A program made the translations under genes and the position numbers. The notes under the pieces are model-generated. The model made no database searches. It had not been told where the DNA came from and saw only the letters and a program-made list of their open reading frames with translations. 64,000 bases of DNA from an uncultured delta proteobacterium. GTDB taxonomy: Bacteria > Desulfobacterota > Binatia > Binatales > Binataceae. Shown here one piece after another: positions 29,841 through 39,288 of the stretch. The stretch is from positions 192,001-256,000 of the forward strand of contig CAVQEQ010000003.1 of the NCBI GenBank assembly GCA_963711565.1. Direction: 5' to 3'. How positions within the stretch are numbered: the stretch's first letter is position 1; each line of letters opens with the position of its first letter.

Positions 29841-30086
29841 TCACCAAAATATCAGGTGAACCGGATACATGAGTGCTGCGCCAATTTCGCTCATGACGCC
29901 GTCGGAATCGTCCGACGATTGAGGCTTGGGCGCGCTGGCCGGATCGCGGTCTTCGTCGGAGATGGACGCATACGGCGGCAGGGTCTGATCGATCTCCTGC
30001 GTCTGCATGCATCCCGCCGCGAGCACGAGCGCGCCCACAACCATCGCGGCCGCGAGGGTAGATTTCCGCCTTCCCGTCACTCGCAT
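29841..30086 (-). CDS. Small lipoprotein
   Basis: Lipobox LAAGC after a basic N-terminus. Confidence 0.6.
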   Translation of the reverse strand: MRVTGRRKSTLAAAMVVGALVLAAGCMQTQEIDQTLPPYASISDEDRDPASAPKPQSSDDSDGVMSEIGAALMYPVHLIFW

Positions 30087-30329
30087 AGTTTCGGCGCTCC
30101 GGCTAACACGGTATCGGCCCTTGAATAGGGTTTCAACGCGCCTTCGATTTCTGCGCGCAGTTGTGTGCCGCCGGCGACGGGAAAATCGGTGGTCCCTCTC
30201 AGCGCATACTCGGCCACCGTCCTGGCTTCGTAGCGTGCGAGCGTTTAGCGATGCTATCTTATCGCGTGTGAAGTTTTACGAGAGCGGCGTCGGGTAACCA
30301 ATATGAAAAAAATCGAGTCAGGTGTTGCT

Positions 30330-30773
30330 ATGCGAAGAATCACCCGCCCGTTGACCGCTTTGATTGGGGCGGCCGCGTTGCTCGGACTGCTCAGCGTGAA
30401 CTCTGCGGTGCGCGCCGATGATTCCGTCGGCTCTGTCACCCAAGTCAGCGGCAGCGCGCAGATTCAGCGCGGCGGCGCGACACTCGCCGCGCAACAGGGG
30501 ACGCCGGTAAAGCTTCACGACGAGGTGACCACGCAACCCGGCGCTTCCGTGACGTTGGGGTTTGCCGACGGCAGCTCGATCGCGCTCAGTGGCAACACCA
30601 GCATCGCGATCGAGGACAGCGCTATGGTGAACGGGCAGACAGTGCCGAGCCGCGTGACGTTAATCAACGGCGACATTCATACGATCGTCCCCGACAAGAC
30701 CACCGGGCAACAGCACAGCATCGAAGTGAATACCGCGAACTCGAAGGCGACCGGACCTGCGCCGAATCAATAG
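30330..30773 (+). CDS. Secreted FecR-domain protein
   Basis: Signal peptide; VTLGFADGSSIALSGNT. Confidence 0.7.
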   Translation: MRRITRPLTALIGAAALLGLLSVNSAVRADDSVGSVTQVSGSAQIQRGGATLAAQQGTPVKLHDEVTTQPGASVTLGFADGSSIALSGNTSIAIEDSAMVNGQTVPSRVTLINGDIHTIVPDKTTGQQHSIEVNTANSKATGPAPNQ

Positions 30774-30779
30774 CCGCAG

Positions 30780-32225
30780 CTAGCGCGCCTGCAAGTGATC
30801 GCCGGGAATCCACGTCGAGTGGAACCCGACCGGCACCCGCTGGGGAATCCGCACGCGCGCGATTGGACCGGCTGCGAAGTTTTTCGCATCGAGTATGACG
30901 ACCTCGCTGCTGCTCATGGCGTTGGAGTCCGCGACGAACGTGACGACGTAGCCGTCGTCTTCGTCGCGCGCACCGACGCGCGGCGCGAACGGTGCTTCAT
31001 TCGACGTGCGTCCCGCGCCAAACATAAATTTCTCCGAAGTGCCGCGGACGGTGTCGTATTTCACCAGCCCTTCGTAGTGCGGCACCATCGAGTTGTACGC
31101 GTAGCGCGACTTGCGGCCCATCATGTGCCGGTTGATCGTCGGCCATTCGGTCTTTTCGTCGTCGAGCTGCTCCTCGGTCACTGCTCCTGTCACGAGGTTG
31201 AAGCGCCACCGGCATAGTTGAGCCTCGAGGCGCAGGAACGCCCGCATCCGCGCCAGCTCGCCTTCGCCGCGCTTCGCGCCCGGCTCGGCCTGGATGACTC
31301 GGCATGCTTCCATCACGAACTCTTCGCCATCCTCCCACGCGTTGACCACGTGGTAGATGTAGCAGGGCGACGCCTCGAACCATCGCACGTCGGCGTTGGT
31401 CCCGTAGCGCGGCAGGATGCCGAAGCGGCTCGGCAGTTCGGGATAGTAGGTGACCTTGTGCACCTTGCGCTCGAGCAGTTGCGGATCCCAGAACAGCGGC
31501 AGATCCATCAACAGTGAGTAATGCTCGGTGAACGCCATGTCATGCGGCAGGCGCGAGCCTGGAAGATCGATCGGCTCATGATGAGTCAGTTCGCCCCGCG
31601 CCGAGACGACGTTGTAGGTCATGTACGGCGGGCGCGTCGCATAGTCGAAGAACAGCAACTCGCCGCTCACCGGATCGACCTTGGCATGCGCCGATACTGC
31701 CCGCTCGAGCTTGCCGCCGAAGCGCTCGACGCCGAGCGTCTCCAGCGTGCACGGATCGATCTTGTAGGGCAGCCCGCACTGATACCAGAGCGCCAGCGCA
31801 TAGCCGTTGTGAAATACGAGGTCGGTGTTGGCGGAGTCCTTGAGCCATCCGTCCGAGCCGGCGCCGTGCGGCACGTTGGGGTCGGGGCGATCCATCAGCC
31901 CCGGCCATATCGTGCGATTCGCCTCCTGCTCGGCGGCAAATGCCTCGGTGCGAATCCAGCGGTTGCGATATGTCGCTTTCCCGTCGTGGAACTCGATGCC
32001 ATGCACCATGCCGTCGCCGTCGAACCAGTGATAGCGCCCGCGCGGCTGGAAAATCGGATTAGGTCCGTTGCGTAGATAGGCGCCGTCGAGGTCTTTGGGG
32101 ATTTCGCCGATAACCGTCAAATCATCGGCGGTGATCTCCGTCGAGATGGGCGCATAGATCCCCTTGAGGAACGAATTCTCGCCGGGATCGATCTGGATAG
32201 GAATTTCGCGCTCAATCTTCACCAT
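30780..32225 (-). CDS. Carotenoid cleavage oxygenase family dioxygenase
   Basis: YLRNGPNP, HWFDGDGMVH, SAHAK, HDMA, EDDGY, GFHSTW. Confidence 0.92.
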   Translation of the reverse strand: MVKIEREIPIQIDPGENSFLKGIYAPISTEITADDLTVIGEIPKDLDGAYLRNGPNPIFQPRGRYHWFDGDGMVHGIEFHDGKATYRNRWIRTEAFAAEQEANRTIWPGLMDRPDPNVPHGAGSDGWLKDSANTDLVFHNGYALALWYQCGLPYKIDPCTLETLGVERFGGKLERAVSAHAKVDPVSGELLFFDYATRPPYMTYNVVSARGELTHHEPIDLPGSRLPHDMAFTEHYSLLMDLPLFWDPQLLERKVHKVTYYPELPSRFGILPRYGTNADVRWFEASPCYIYHVVNAWEDGEEFVMEACRVIQAEPGAKRGEGELARMRAFLRLEAQLCRWRFNLVTGAVTEEQLDDEKTEWPTINRHMMGRKSRYAYNSMVPHYEGLVKYDTVRGTSEKFMFGAGRTSNEAPFAPRVGARDEDDGYVVTFVADSNAMSSSEVVILDAKNFAAGPIARVRIPQRVPVGFHSTWIPGDHLQAR

Positions 32226-32562
32226 GATGCGCTCCGCGTTAGCTGCGACATTGTCCAGCCGCGAGCCTATCACGCAGGAGGACAAAGCAACACAGAATTT
32301 GTTGTTCGGCGTCTGTTTTGATTCCCGCGCGTCCTCACGTTGGTGAGGGTGCGGGCTTTGCAGAGGAAGCGGCCGCCACTGTAGCCGTTAGACCATATAT
32401 TCTGGCAGCGTCACGCCGAAACGTACAGTTGAGCGTAATCCGCTGCCAACCTAAAATGAATAACTATGACTTCCGATACTTCGTCGATCTTCCCCAGACC
32501 GCAACCTTCTTCGCAGACTCCGCAATGATCAACGGTCTCGTATCTGGCTATAAGGGACGGTC

Positions 32563-32940
32563 GTGAAACTTGACGCTCAAGAGCACTTCGATCTCGCGAA
32601 GCGTCATTTGAAAAAAGTCCTGGCAGCTTGGGATGACCCAACGGACTGGTCAGATCTCGCAATCTACGGATTCTACTGCTTGGAGCAGGCCGTGGTGGCC
32701 GCGGCCACCGAATGCGGCCTGAAGGGTAAACGGCAACACCGAGATAAAGTTCAGCTCGCGAAGACCCTGCATAAGACGAAGGGACTTCCTGATGTCGCCA
32801 AGTTGCTGACTCACCTTCACCGCGCTCAAAAATACAAATCGTATGGCAACGTCAAGCCTCCTCCGCTGGATCCTGGGGATGTTGCCAGGGAGATCGAAGA
32901 ATACGTAGAAGCGGTCTCTAAGATTGTTGAATCGCCATGA
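32563..32940 (+). CDS. HEPN-domain protein
   Basis: Helical pattern AKRHL..., FYCLEQAVVAA, RQH, KSYG; translationally coupled to the next gene. Confidence 0.6.
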   Translation: MKLDAQEHFDLAKRHLKKVLAAWDDPTDWSDLAIYGFYCLEQAVVAAATECGLKGKRQHRDKVQLAKTLHKTKGLPDVAKLLTHLHRAQKYKSYGNVKPPPLDPGDVAREIEEYVEAVSKIVESP

Positions 32941-33626
32941 GCAGGCGTTCAGATAGCGCCCGGTTGGCCATCGGGGTCGTTCGGCACTGGCCAAGTTTGA
33001 ACGCCAAGAGATGGGCAATCTCCAAGTTGAGCCGCTTGGCTTCGGAAGGTGCTACTGCGGCGATTGTCGGCATTGGTTCCGCGGTCAGACCGGTCCATCA
33101 TCCTGGGTCCGACGTAGACTTCCTGGTCGTTTCGGATATCGATCTCAGGCCAGACGAGTCTCAACCGATCGACGTTGACCTGTGCATATTTCGCACTACC
33201 GATATCGACCAAAGACTTCAGGCATTCGATGACCTTCTGGGTTGGGCGCTCCGATTCGGCCGGCCTATCTTCGACCGTAATCAATACTGGGCGAATCTCT
33301 GTACCCGGTGGGCTGATAAGATCCCTTTTCCTTCGCCCGAAGTCTCTATCGCACGGGCCCTTCATTTTGAGCGTTTCGCCCGAGAACTAGTCTCGATGCA
33401 GGATCTCGATGCCGCTTTGGAACAGGTGGTCGCGATGCTTACCCACCGAAGCCGTGCAAAACTACTCCGGTCTCGGACTTACCCTGCATCTCGTCCCGAA
33501 CTTCCTGCGCAGCTGCGAGAAATTGGAGAGTACCGCCTGGCCGAATGGCTGGAAAGCGCCCTTCTGAATCGTGAGATTGCTCAAGACCTCCTTGATAAAT
33601 TGAAGGAGAGAGCGAAAGCAGCCTGA
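32937..33626 (+). CDS. Minimal nucleotidyltransferase (Pol-beta fold) with a C-terminal HEPN-like helical domain
   Basis: GIGSAVR...SDVDFLVV, DVDL; C-terminal helical bundle. Confidence 0.7.
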   Translation: MSRRSDSARLAIGVVRHWPSLNAKRWAISKLSRLASEGATAAIVGIGSAVRPVHHPGSDVDFLVVSDIDLRPDESQPIDVDLCIFRTTDIDQRLQAFDDLLGWALRFGRPIFDRNQYWANLCTRWADKIPFPSPEVSIARALHFERFARELVSMQDLDAALEQVVAMLTHRSRAKLLRSRTYPASRPELPAQLREIGEYRLAEWLESALLNREIAQDLLDKLKERAKAA

Positions 33627-33645
33627 GTTCTCATCGGACCGACGC

Positions 33646-33811
33646 CTACGACAAGAATTCTTTGAGCTGGGGCAGCTTGTCGCTGATCTCGAACCACGGC
33701 GCCTTCGAGCCCACAAAGATGTGAGCGTCGGGAGGCACGCCGGGTTCGTCGTCGAGCGCTCCCAGGTAAATGAACAGGCTGCCACCGATAGGGTCGCCGC
33801 GGCCGGCAACG
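33646..33811 (-). pseudogene. C-terminal fragment of a GFA (CENP-V-like) family gene
   Basis: Manual translation ...SLFIYLGALDDEPGVPPDAHIFVGSKAPWFEISDKLPQLKEFLS*; no start and an upstream in-frame TAA. Confidence 0.75.
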
Positions 33812-33857
33812 CGGCAAGGCCGGCGTTAACTACGACGGCAGCAAAATGCTTTGCAAC

Positions 33858-34235
33858 TCAGTTCCGGACTTTCCGTCGTTTGCGCGGTTTCGGCTTTGGC
33901 TCTGGTCGCCGGTTCGCTTTGGAGACCTGTGCTCGCTCAAGCAGGCGAACAACCCGGTTCAAACTTCTCGAGACCGTGCGCAACTGCCGGGCACCGCATA
34001 TCAGCGTCCGAGAGAGCGGCTTACTGAATACGCGCTCGGCGGAAACCATCTCCATTTCTTCCGCACCCTGGTCGATTGCGCGCCGGAGGCTCCGCAGCTG
34101 AAGAACCACATCGGAACGGTCGATCTCGAAAATCTCGTTTTGATCCCACGATGCGTCAACTGTGGTCGCAGCAACGGGACGTTGTCGCCTATTGCCTTCA
34201 ACCACGAGCGGGACGGTGAGCATGAGTTGTGCCAT
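33858..34235 (-). CDS. Hypothetical protein with a basic C-terminal tail
   Basis: ATG ORF, coiled-coil-like middle, PKPKPRKRRK tail. Confidence 0.45.
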   Translation of the reverse strand: MAQLMLTVPLVVEGNRRQRPVAATTVDASWDQNEIFEIDRSDVVLQLRSLRRAIDQGAEEMEMVSAERVFSKPLSRTLICGARQLRTVSRSLNRVVRLLERAQVSKANRRPEPKPKPRKRRKVRN

Positions 34236-34444
34236 GACTTTCCGTTGCTATGACTGAACCCTAACCGAATTCCACGGTGTAAACAAGAAGTCACATTTCG
34301 ATACTGTTGTTCCGGCGCGGCTGCGCCGGTTCTTCGGCCATGCAAAGGGGGCCTTCAGCGAGCCCGTGATCAGCCGAGTCTCAGGCGGGGGATTGACGCG
34401 GTCCGCGATAGCCTCAGTCGCGATCGCATGCTCTACTCGTCGCT

Positions 34445-34975
34445 ATGGACGTCTCGAAAATTCCGCCCGGCCGCAATCCACCCGAAGACATCAACGTGCT
34501 CGTGGAAATTCCGCAAGGCGGAGTTCCGGTGAAGTACGAGCTCGACAAGGCCTCCGGCGCGCTCTTCGTGAATCGTTTTCTGCATACCGCGATGTTTTAT
34601 CCCGCCAACTACGGGTTCATCCCGAACACGCTGTCCGAAGACGGCGACCCTTGCGATGTGATGGCGCTGTCGCAGGTGCCGGTCGCACCCGGCGCGGTCA
34701 TCAGATGCCGTCCGGTGGGCGCGCTGATGATGGAAGACGAAAACGGCATCGACGAAAAAATTCTCGCGGTGCCGGTCGATGAGCTGAATCCATACTTCGA
34801 CGGAATCGCGAACTACACCGACCTGCCGCAGATCATGCTCGACCAGATCGATCACTTCTTCCGCCACTACAAGGATCTGGAGAAGGGCAAGTGGGTGAAG
34901 ATCGGCGACTGGGTGGATCGCGAGGCGGCGGCCAAGCTGATCCTCGAAGCAATCGAGCGCGTGCACAAGAAGTAA
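34445..34975 (+). CDS. ppa: Inorganic pyrophosphatase (family I)
   Basis: VKYELDK, YPANYGFIP, DGDPCD, FFRHYKDLE. Confidence 0.95.
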   Translation: MDVSKIPPGRNPPEDINVLVEIPQGGVPVKYELDKASGALFVNRFLHTAMFYPANYGFIPNTLSEDGDPCDVMALSQVPVAPGAVIRCRPVGALMMEDENGIDEKILAVPVDELNPYFDGIANYTDLPQIMLDQIDHFFRHYKDLEKGKWVKIGDWVDREAAAKLILEAIERVHKK

Positions 34976-35134
34976 AGCGCAGCTAGCTCGTCGTGCCGCC
35001 CCAGACGCAAGCTGAAGCCGAACGTATCGCGGAGCCAATCGATCGCCGCGCCAACGTCCGGATAACCTAAAACAGGATCGCCGTACGCGACGGCATCGAC
35101 CGATTCTCAAGCACGGAGCTTGTTAACCGGCCTA

Positions 35135-35638
35135 CTACTGCGAAGCGGCCTCGCCCGGGGTCTGCGCGAGCGGCACCAACTGCGCGATGTCGCACTGGAT
35201 CAGCGCCTGGATCTTGTTATCGATCTGGTAGAACCGCGTCACCTTCACCTGCGAGACAACCGCCAGGAATTGCGGGATGAACTCGCGCTGCACATCGAGC
35301 CGCGCCTGCGCAATAGCCATGACCTCGTCGAGCTTCTTTTTCGCGTCGGCGTCGGTGAGATTATTGTACTTGGCGGCGAATTCCTTGAGCTCCTTGACGT
35401 GGCGGTCCTCTATTTTGTCCATCTTCGCTTCGTAAGCGTCGTAAACCGGCCAGAAACTGGCGGCTTCAGCGGAGGTGAGGTTCATGTTGGCGCCGACGGT
35501 GGCCTTGCGCTGCGCGCGTGCGGCCGCGATGTCGAGTTGCTTCTGCGAAGTCTGTGCAGAGGCAACCCCGCTCAGTCCAAGCGTACAGATGACAAGTGAA
35601 GCAGCGGTCAAACCGGCAAGAATATTCTTAAGGGTCAT
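35135..35638 (-). CDS. Secreted helical hypothetical protein (Spy/CpxP-like)
   Basis: Signal peptide; LTSAEAASFWPVYDAY. Confidence 0.7.
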   Translation of the reverse strand: MTLKNILAGLTAASLVICTLGLSGVASAQTSQKQLDIAAARAQRKATVGANMNLTSAEAASFWPVYDAYEAKMDKIEDRHVKELKEFAAKYNNLTDADAKKKLDEVMAIAQARLDVQREFIPQFLAVVSQVKVTRFYQIDNKIQALIQCDIAQLVPLAQTPGEAASQ

Positions 35639-35866
35639 CAACGGGTTCTCCTGAGTTTTGCTTACAGCAGCGACCGCAGGATGGTGCGGGATTGCAAGTT
35701 CATAGTCAAGTGATAGCTAGTTGGCTCTAGAACTGAGAATCCCTCGTATTGCATTTAGCCAAGTAAAGTGCGAGTTTGCATCCTCAAACCGGGTAAATAA
35801 CTTGAGGGACTTTTCGCTGGCACCGGCCAGCCTGAACGGGAAGCCTCACCACAGACGGAGGAGACA

Positions 35867-36424
35867 ATGAATTCGAAAGCACGAGGAATGGTAATCGCAC
35901 TGGGGTTAGCGGTAGCACTTGCCGCGGGTGCGCCATCGGCACAGGCCCAGGGCGCAGCGCCTGCAGCGGCGCCCGCTTCGAGCGGCGGCGGCAGCGGCGG
36001 AGCAGTCCGGGCAGGATACCTGACTTGTCATGTCGCGGCAGGGTGGGGATTTATTTTCGGATCGTCGCGCAAGCTGCAGTGCGCTTATGCGATGCAGCCG
36101 GGATACACCGAGTACTACACCGGTTCGATCACGAAGTTCGGCGCTGATATTGGATACCTTTCGTCGGGCGTAATTCTGTGGGCGGTTCTCGCCCCGACTA
36201 GCAACCCCGGACAGGGTGCGCTTGAAGGTACCTACGGCGGAGCGACTGCGAGCGCAGCGGTCGGAGTCGGCGCGGGCGCCAACGTACTGGTCGGCGGCTT
36301 CAACAGCTCGATCGCGTTGCAGCCGGTCTCGATCGAAGGACAGAACGGCTTGAACATCGCGGCAGGTGTGGCCGCGCTGCATTTGAAGTTCAACAAAGAG
36401 AAGCCGGCGAAGGCCACTCCGTAG
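35867..36424 (+). CDS. DUF992 family secreted protein
   Basis: GYLTC, GFIFGSSRKLQC, GANVLVGG, LQPVSIEGQ. Confidence 0.85.
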   Translation: MNSKARGMVIALGLAVALAAGAPSAQAQGAAPAAAPASSGGGSGGAVRAGYLTCHVAAGWGFIFGSSRKLQCAYAMQPGYTEYYTGSITKFGADIGYLSSGVILWAVLAPTSNPGQGALEGTYGGATASAAVGVGAGANVLVGGFNSSIALQPVSIEGQNGLNIAAGVAALHLKFNKEKPAKATP

Positions 36425-36454
36425 CCAGCACCGTAGTTAGTCCTAGTTATGTTC

Positions 36455-36489
36455 AGCGGGAGCGGTCGTTGTGACCGCTCCCGTTTTTT
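36455..36489 (+). terminator. Intrinsic terminator after DUF992
   Basis: GCGGGAGCGGTC-GTTGT-GACCGCTCCCGT followed by TTTTT. Confidence 0.85.
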
Positions 36490-36572
36490 GCACCATGCAA
36501 GTCTCGCCGCGGCATAGCGCCAAAAGCCGTACAGACCCACCCATGCGCAGATGATAGGATTGCGCTCGATTT

Positions 36573-37823
36573 TTGTCGCCATCGGGGGAAGCGACGAGCG
36601 TGGATCTGAAACGGGCGCATCCAGAGGAACCATGGCTATGGCGCGCGGAGTGGGCCGCGGGCGAGATCCACTCGAGCGCGAGGCCCGTCGCGATTGCAGT
36701 CTGCGCGCTCGCGCTCTTTTGGAATGCCATCGCGCTGCCGACCGCCGTGCCCGCCTTGCTCGCCCACAACCTGCGTTACGAGCCAAAATTCGCTGGGCTC
36801 GCAATTTTTCCGATAATCGGATTCGGGCTGATCGCGTGGGCGATACATCTGCTCCTAAGGTGGAATGCGTACGGCGATTCGCGCTTCGAGATGAAATCGG
36901 TGCCGGGAAAAATCGACGGAACGCTCGAAGGCTCTATCCACATTGGCCGCGGTGTCGAGCCGATGCGCCCGGCAAATCTCAAGCTGGTTTGCATCAACTA
37001 CATATCGTCCGGCAACAACAGTACCGCCACGCCGTTGTGGAGCGACGAATCGCAGGTCACGGCCGGCGGCGATGGATCGATCCCGGCCTCGTTCCTGATT
37101 CCGCCCGAATGCAAACCGAGTGACGATACCAACTTCCACGATCGCATCTGCTGGCGACTGAACGCAAAATCACCCGTAGGCGTAGTCAGCTACAAATCGA
37201 GCTTCGAAGTGCCGGTCTTTCAGATCGACGAAACCACCGCGCAGGCCGCGGAAGCGGTTGATCTGCGCACGCGCCGCGACCAGCGTGTCAGCGAGTTTCG
37301 CCCGCAAGGATCGGCCATCCGCTTCGGCCTCAACCCTGACGGCCAAACCGAAATCTATTTTCGAGCGTTCCGCAATCCGTCAATAACTTTCGTACTGCTA
37401 GGATTCCTCGCTATCTGGTCCTGCGTCACCTATCTGATCTTCAAGGAGCACGCGCCGCTGATCTTCAGAATCATGTGGCCGGTTTTCGAAGCGATCGTCG
37501 TTGTCTGGGTCATCTCCCTGATGTTCGGCACCACAACCGTACTCATCGGCGACGGCCCGTTGAAGGTGACGCGGCACCTTCTCGGCATACCAGCATCGAC
37601 GCGTCGAGTTCCGGCCTGCGATGTGCTCGATATTCGCTCGATCGCGGGCATGACCGCGGGAACAACGGTATATCGACCGATCCAGGTCCGTTACGGACGC
37701 GGGGAAAAACTCAATTTCGGCGATGGAATCGAAGATCCAATCGAAGCCGATTGGCTCGCCACAAAGATCGCCGAGACGCTTGGGTTGACGACGGCCGCAG
37801 CCGCGCAGAAAACGGTCGCCTAG
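36573..37823 (+). CDS. Multi-TM hypothetical membrane protein
   Basis: HPEEPWLWR and two pairs of TM helices; true start uncertain. Confidence 0.7.
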   Translation: MSPSGEATSVDLKRAHPEEPWLWRAEWAAGEIHSSARPVAIAVCALALFWNAIALPTAVPALLAHNLRYEPKFAGLAIFPIIGFGLIAWAIHLLLRWNAYGDSRFEMKSVPGKIDGTLEGSIHIGRGVEPMRPANLKLVCINYISSGNNSTATPLWSDESQVTAGGDGSIPASFLIPPECKPSDDTNFHDRICWRLNAKSPVGVVSYKSSFEVPVFQIDETTAQAAEAVDLRTRRDQRVSEFRPQGSAIRFGLNPDGQTEIYFRAFRNPSITFVLLGFLAIWSCVTYLIFKEHAPLIFRIMWPVFEAIVVVWVISLMFGTTTVLIGDGPLKVTRHLLGIPASTRRVPACDVLDIRSIAGMTAGTTVYRPIQVRYGRGEKLNFGDGIEDPIEADWLATKIAETLGLTTAAAAQKTVA

Positions 37824-37921
37824 CAGGGTGTTGAAGAACTCTTACCTACAACATCTCCCCCTTTGGGGGAGACAAGAGAGAGGGAGCAGGCGTTGAAAAT
37901 TACTTTTTCAACAGCCTGCTA
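37821..37921. mobile_element. MITE with IS5/IS1182-like terminal inverted repeats
   Basis: TAGCAGGGTGTTGAAGAA ... TTTTTCAACAGCCTGCTA; internal hairpin TCTCCCCC-TTT-GGGGGAGA. Confidence 0.7.
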
Positions 37922-38329
37922 CATCTTTGCCTTCGGATATCGCGCCCGCATCCAGGCCACGAACTTTTCCGGCACCGCCATCGTCGAGAGACGTCCTTGT
38001 CGTACCAGCGCCCAGTCGTCGAACTTGCCCGACTGCTTGATCTCCGCCAGCGTGACAGGCGAATCGAGGCGTCCGGCGAATTCCAAATCGACTATCGCCG
38101 ATTTGGGATTTTTGGGATCGTCGCGCCCCGGCGATTTCACGACGGCCGTCCCGACCACGCTCGAAACGCCGCCGCTATGATAAATGAACACGATGTCGCC
38201 CGGCTTCATCTCGCGGATCGCGCGAACCGCTTGCGGATTCGTCACGCCGTCCCAGGTTGTGCGGCGGTCGCGCTCGAGATCGTCGATCGAGTAAGTATTC
38301 GGTTCGGTCTTGGCAAGAAAATAGTTCAT
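37919..38329 (-). CDS. EVE-domain protein
   Basis: YFLAKTEP, WDGVTN, IYHSG, RQGRLS. Confidence 0.9.
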   Translation of the reverse strand: MNYFLAKTEPNTYSIDDLERDRRTTWDGVTNPQAVRAIREMKPGDIVFIYHSGGVSSVVGTAVVKSPGRDDPKNPKSAIVDLEFAGRLDSPVTLAEIKQSGKFDDWALVRQGRLSTMAVPEKFVAWMRARYPKAKM

Positions 38330-38388
38330 CGGCGCGTCCTCTTTAGACGTGATTCGGGGTAAATCTAACACGGCGCGCGGAAACTCTC

Positions 38389-39288
38389 ATGCCTGAACTA
38401 CCTGATGTCAGCGTATACGTGGAAGCGATCAGAACGCGGGTCGCCGGCCACAAGCTCGTCAGGACGACTGTCAAGTCGCCGTTCCTGCTGCGCTCCACTG
38501 CTCCCCCGATCACCGCGACCGCGGGCAGGACGGTCCGCGAGGTTCGACGGCTCGGCAAGCAGATCGCAATCGGAGTCGACGGCGACTTGTGGCTCGTCTT
38601 GCATCTCATGATCGCGGGCCGGCTGCATTGGAAAACGTCCGCGCCCAAGCTCGGCAGCAGAAATATCCTGGTCGCGTTCGAGTTCGACAACGGCTGGATG
38701 TGGTTGACCGAGGCGGGCACGCAGCGCCGCGCCGCGCTCCGGGTCGTTGAAGGCGAAGCGGGACTTCGGTCGTTGAACGCCGGCGGCATCGAACCGCTCG
38801 ACGCGAGCCTCGACGCGTTCAGCGCCGCGCTACGATCTTCGAACCACACGCTGAAGCGCTCGCTCACCGACCCGCACATCTTCAGCGGTATCGGCAACGC
38901 GTACTCCGACGAGATTCTGCATCGCGCGCAACTCTCGCCGATTGCGATGTCGCAGAAGCTGACTGCCCCCGAGATCGAGCGACTGTACGACGGCACCCGC
39001 GCGATACTTACCGAGTGGACCGATCGCCTGCGCGCCGAAGCGGCCGGGGAATTTCCGGAGAAGGTTACCGCGTTTCGTCCCGAGATGGCGGTTCACGGGC
39101 GCCATGGGATGCCGTGCCCGCGATGCGCCGCCAAGGTCCAGCGCATCCGCTATGCCAGCAACGAGACCAATTACTGTGCGCCATGCCAGACCGGCGGCCG
39201 CCTGCTCGCCGACCGCGCTCTTTCGAGGCTGATGCACGAGGATTGGCCGCGAACGCTCGAGGAACTCGAGGCGCTCAAGAATCGATGA
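38389..39288 (+). CDS. Fpg/Nei family DNA glycosylase
   Basis: MPELPDV, GIGNAYSDEIL, CPRC...CAPCQ zinc finger. Confidence 0.92.
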   Translation: MPELPDVSVYVEAIRTRVAGHKLVRTTVKSPFLLRSTAPPITATAGRTVREVRRLGKQIAIGVDGDLWLVLHLMIAGRLHWKTSAPKLGSRNILVAFEFDNGWMWLTEAGTQRRAALRVVEGEAGLRSLNAGGIEPLDASLDAFSAALRSSNHTLKRSLTDPHIFSGIGNAYSDEILHRAQLSPIAMSQKLTAPEIERLYDGTRAILTEWTDRLRAEAAGEFPEKVTAFRPEMAVHGRHGMPCPRCAAKVQRIRYASNETNYCAPCQTGGRLLADRALSRLMHEDWPRTLEELEALKNR

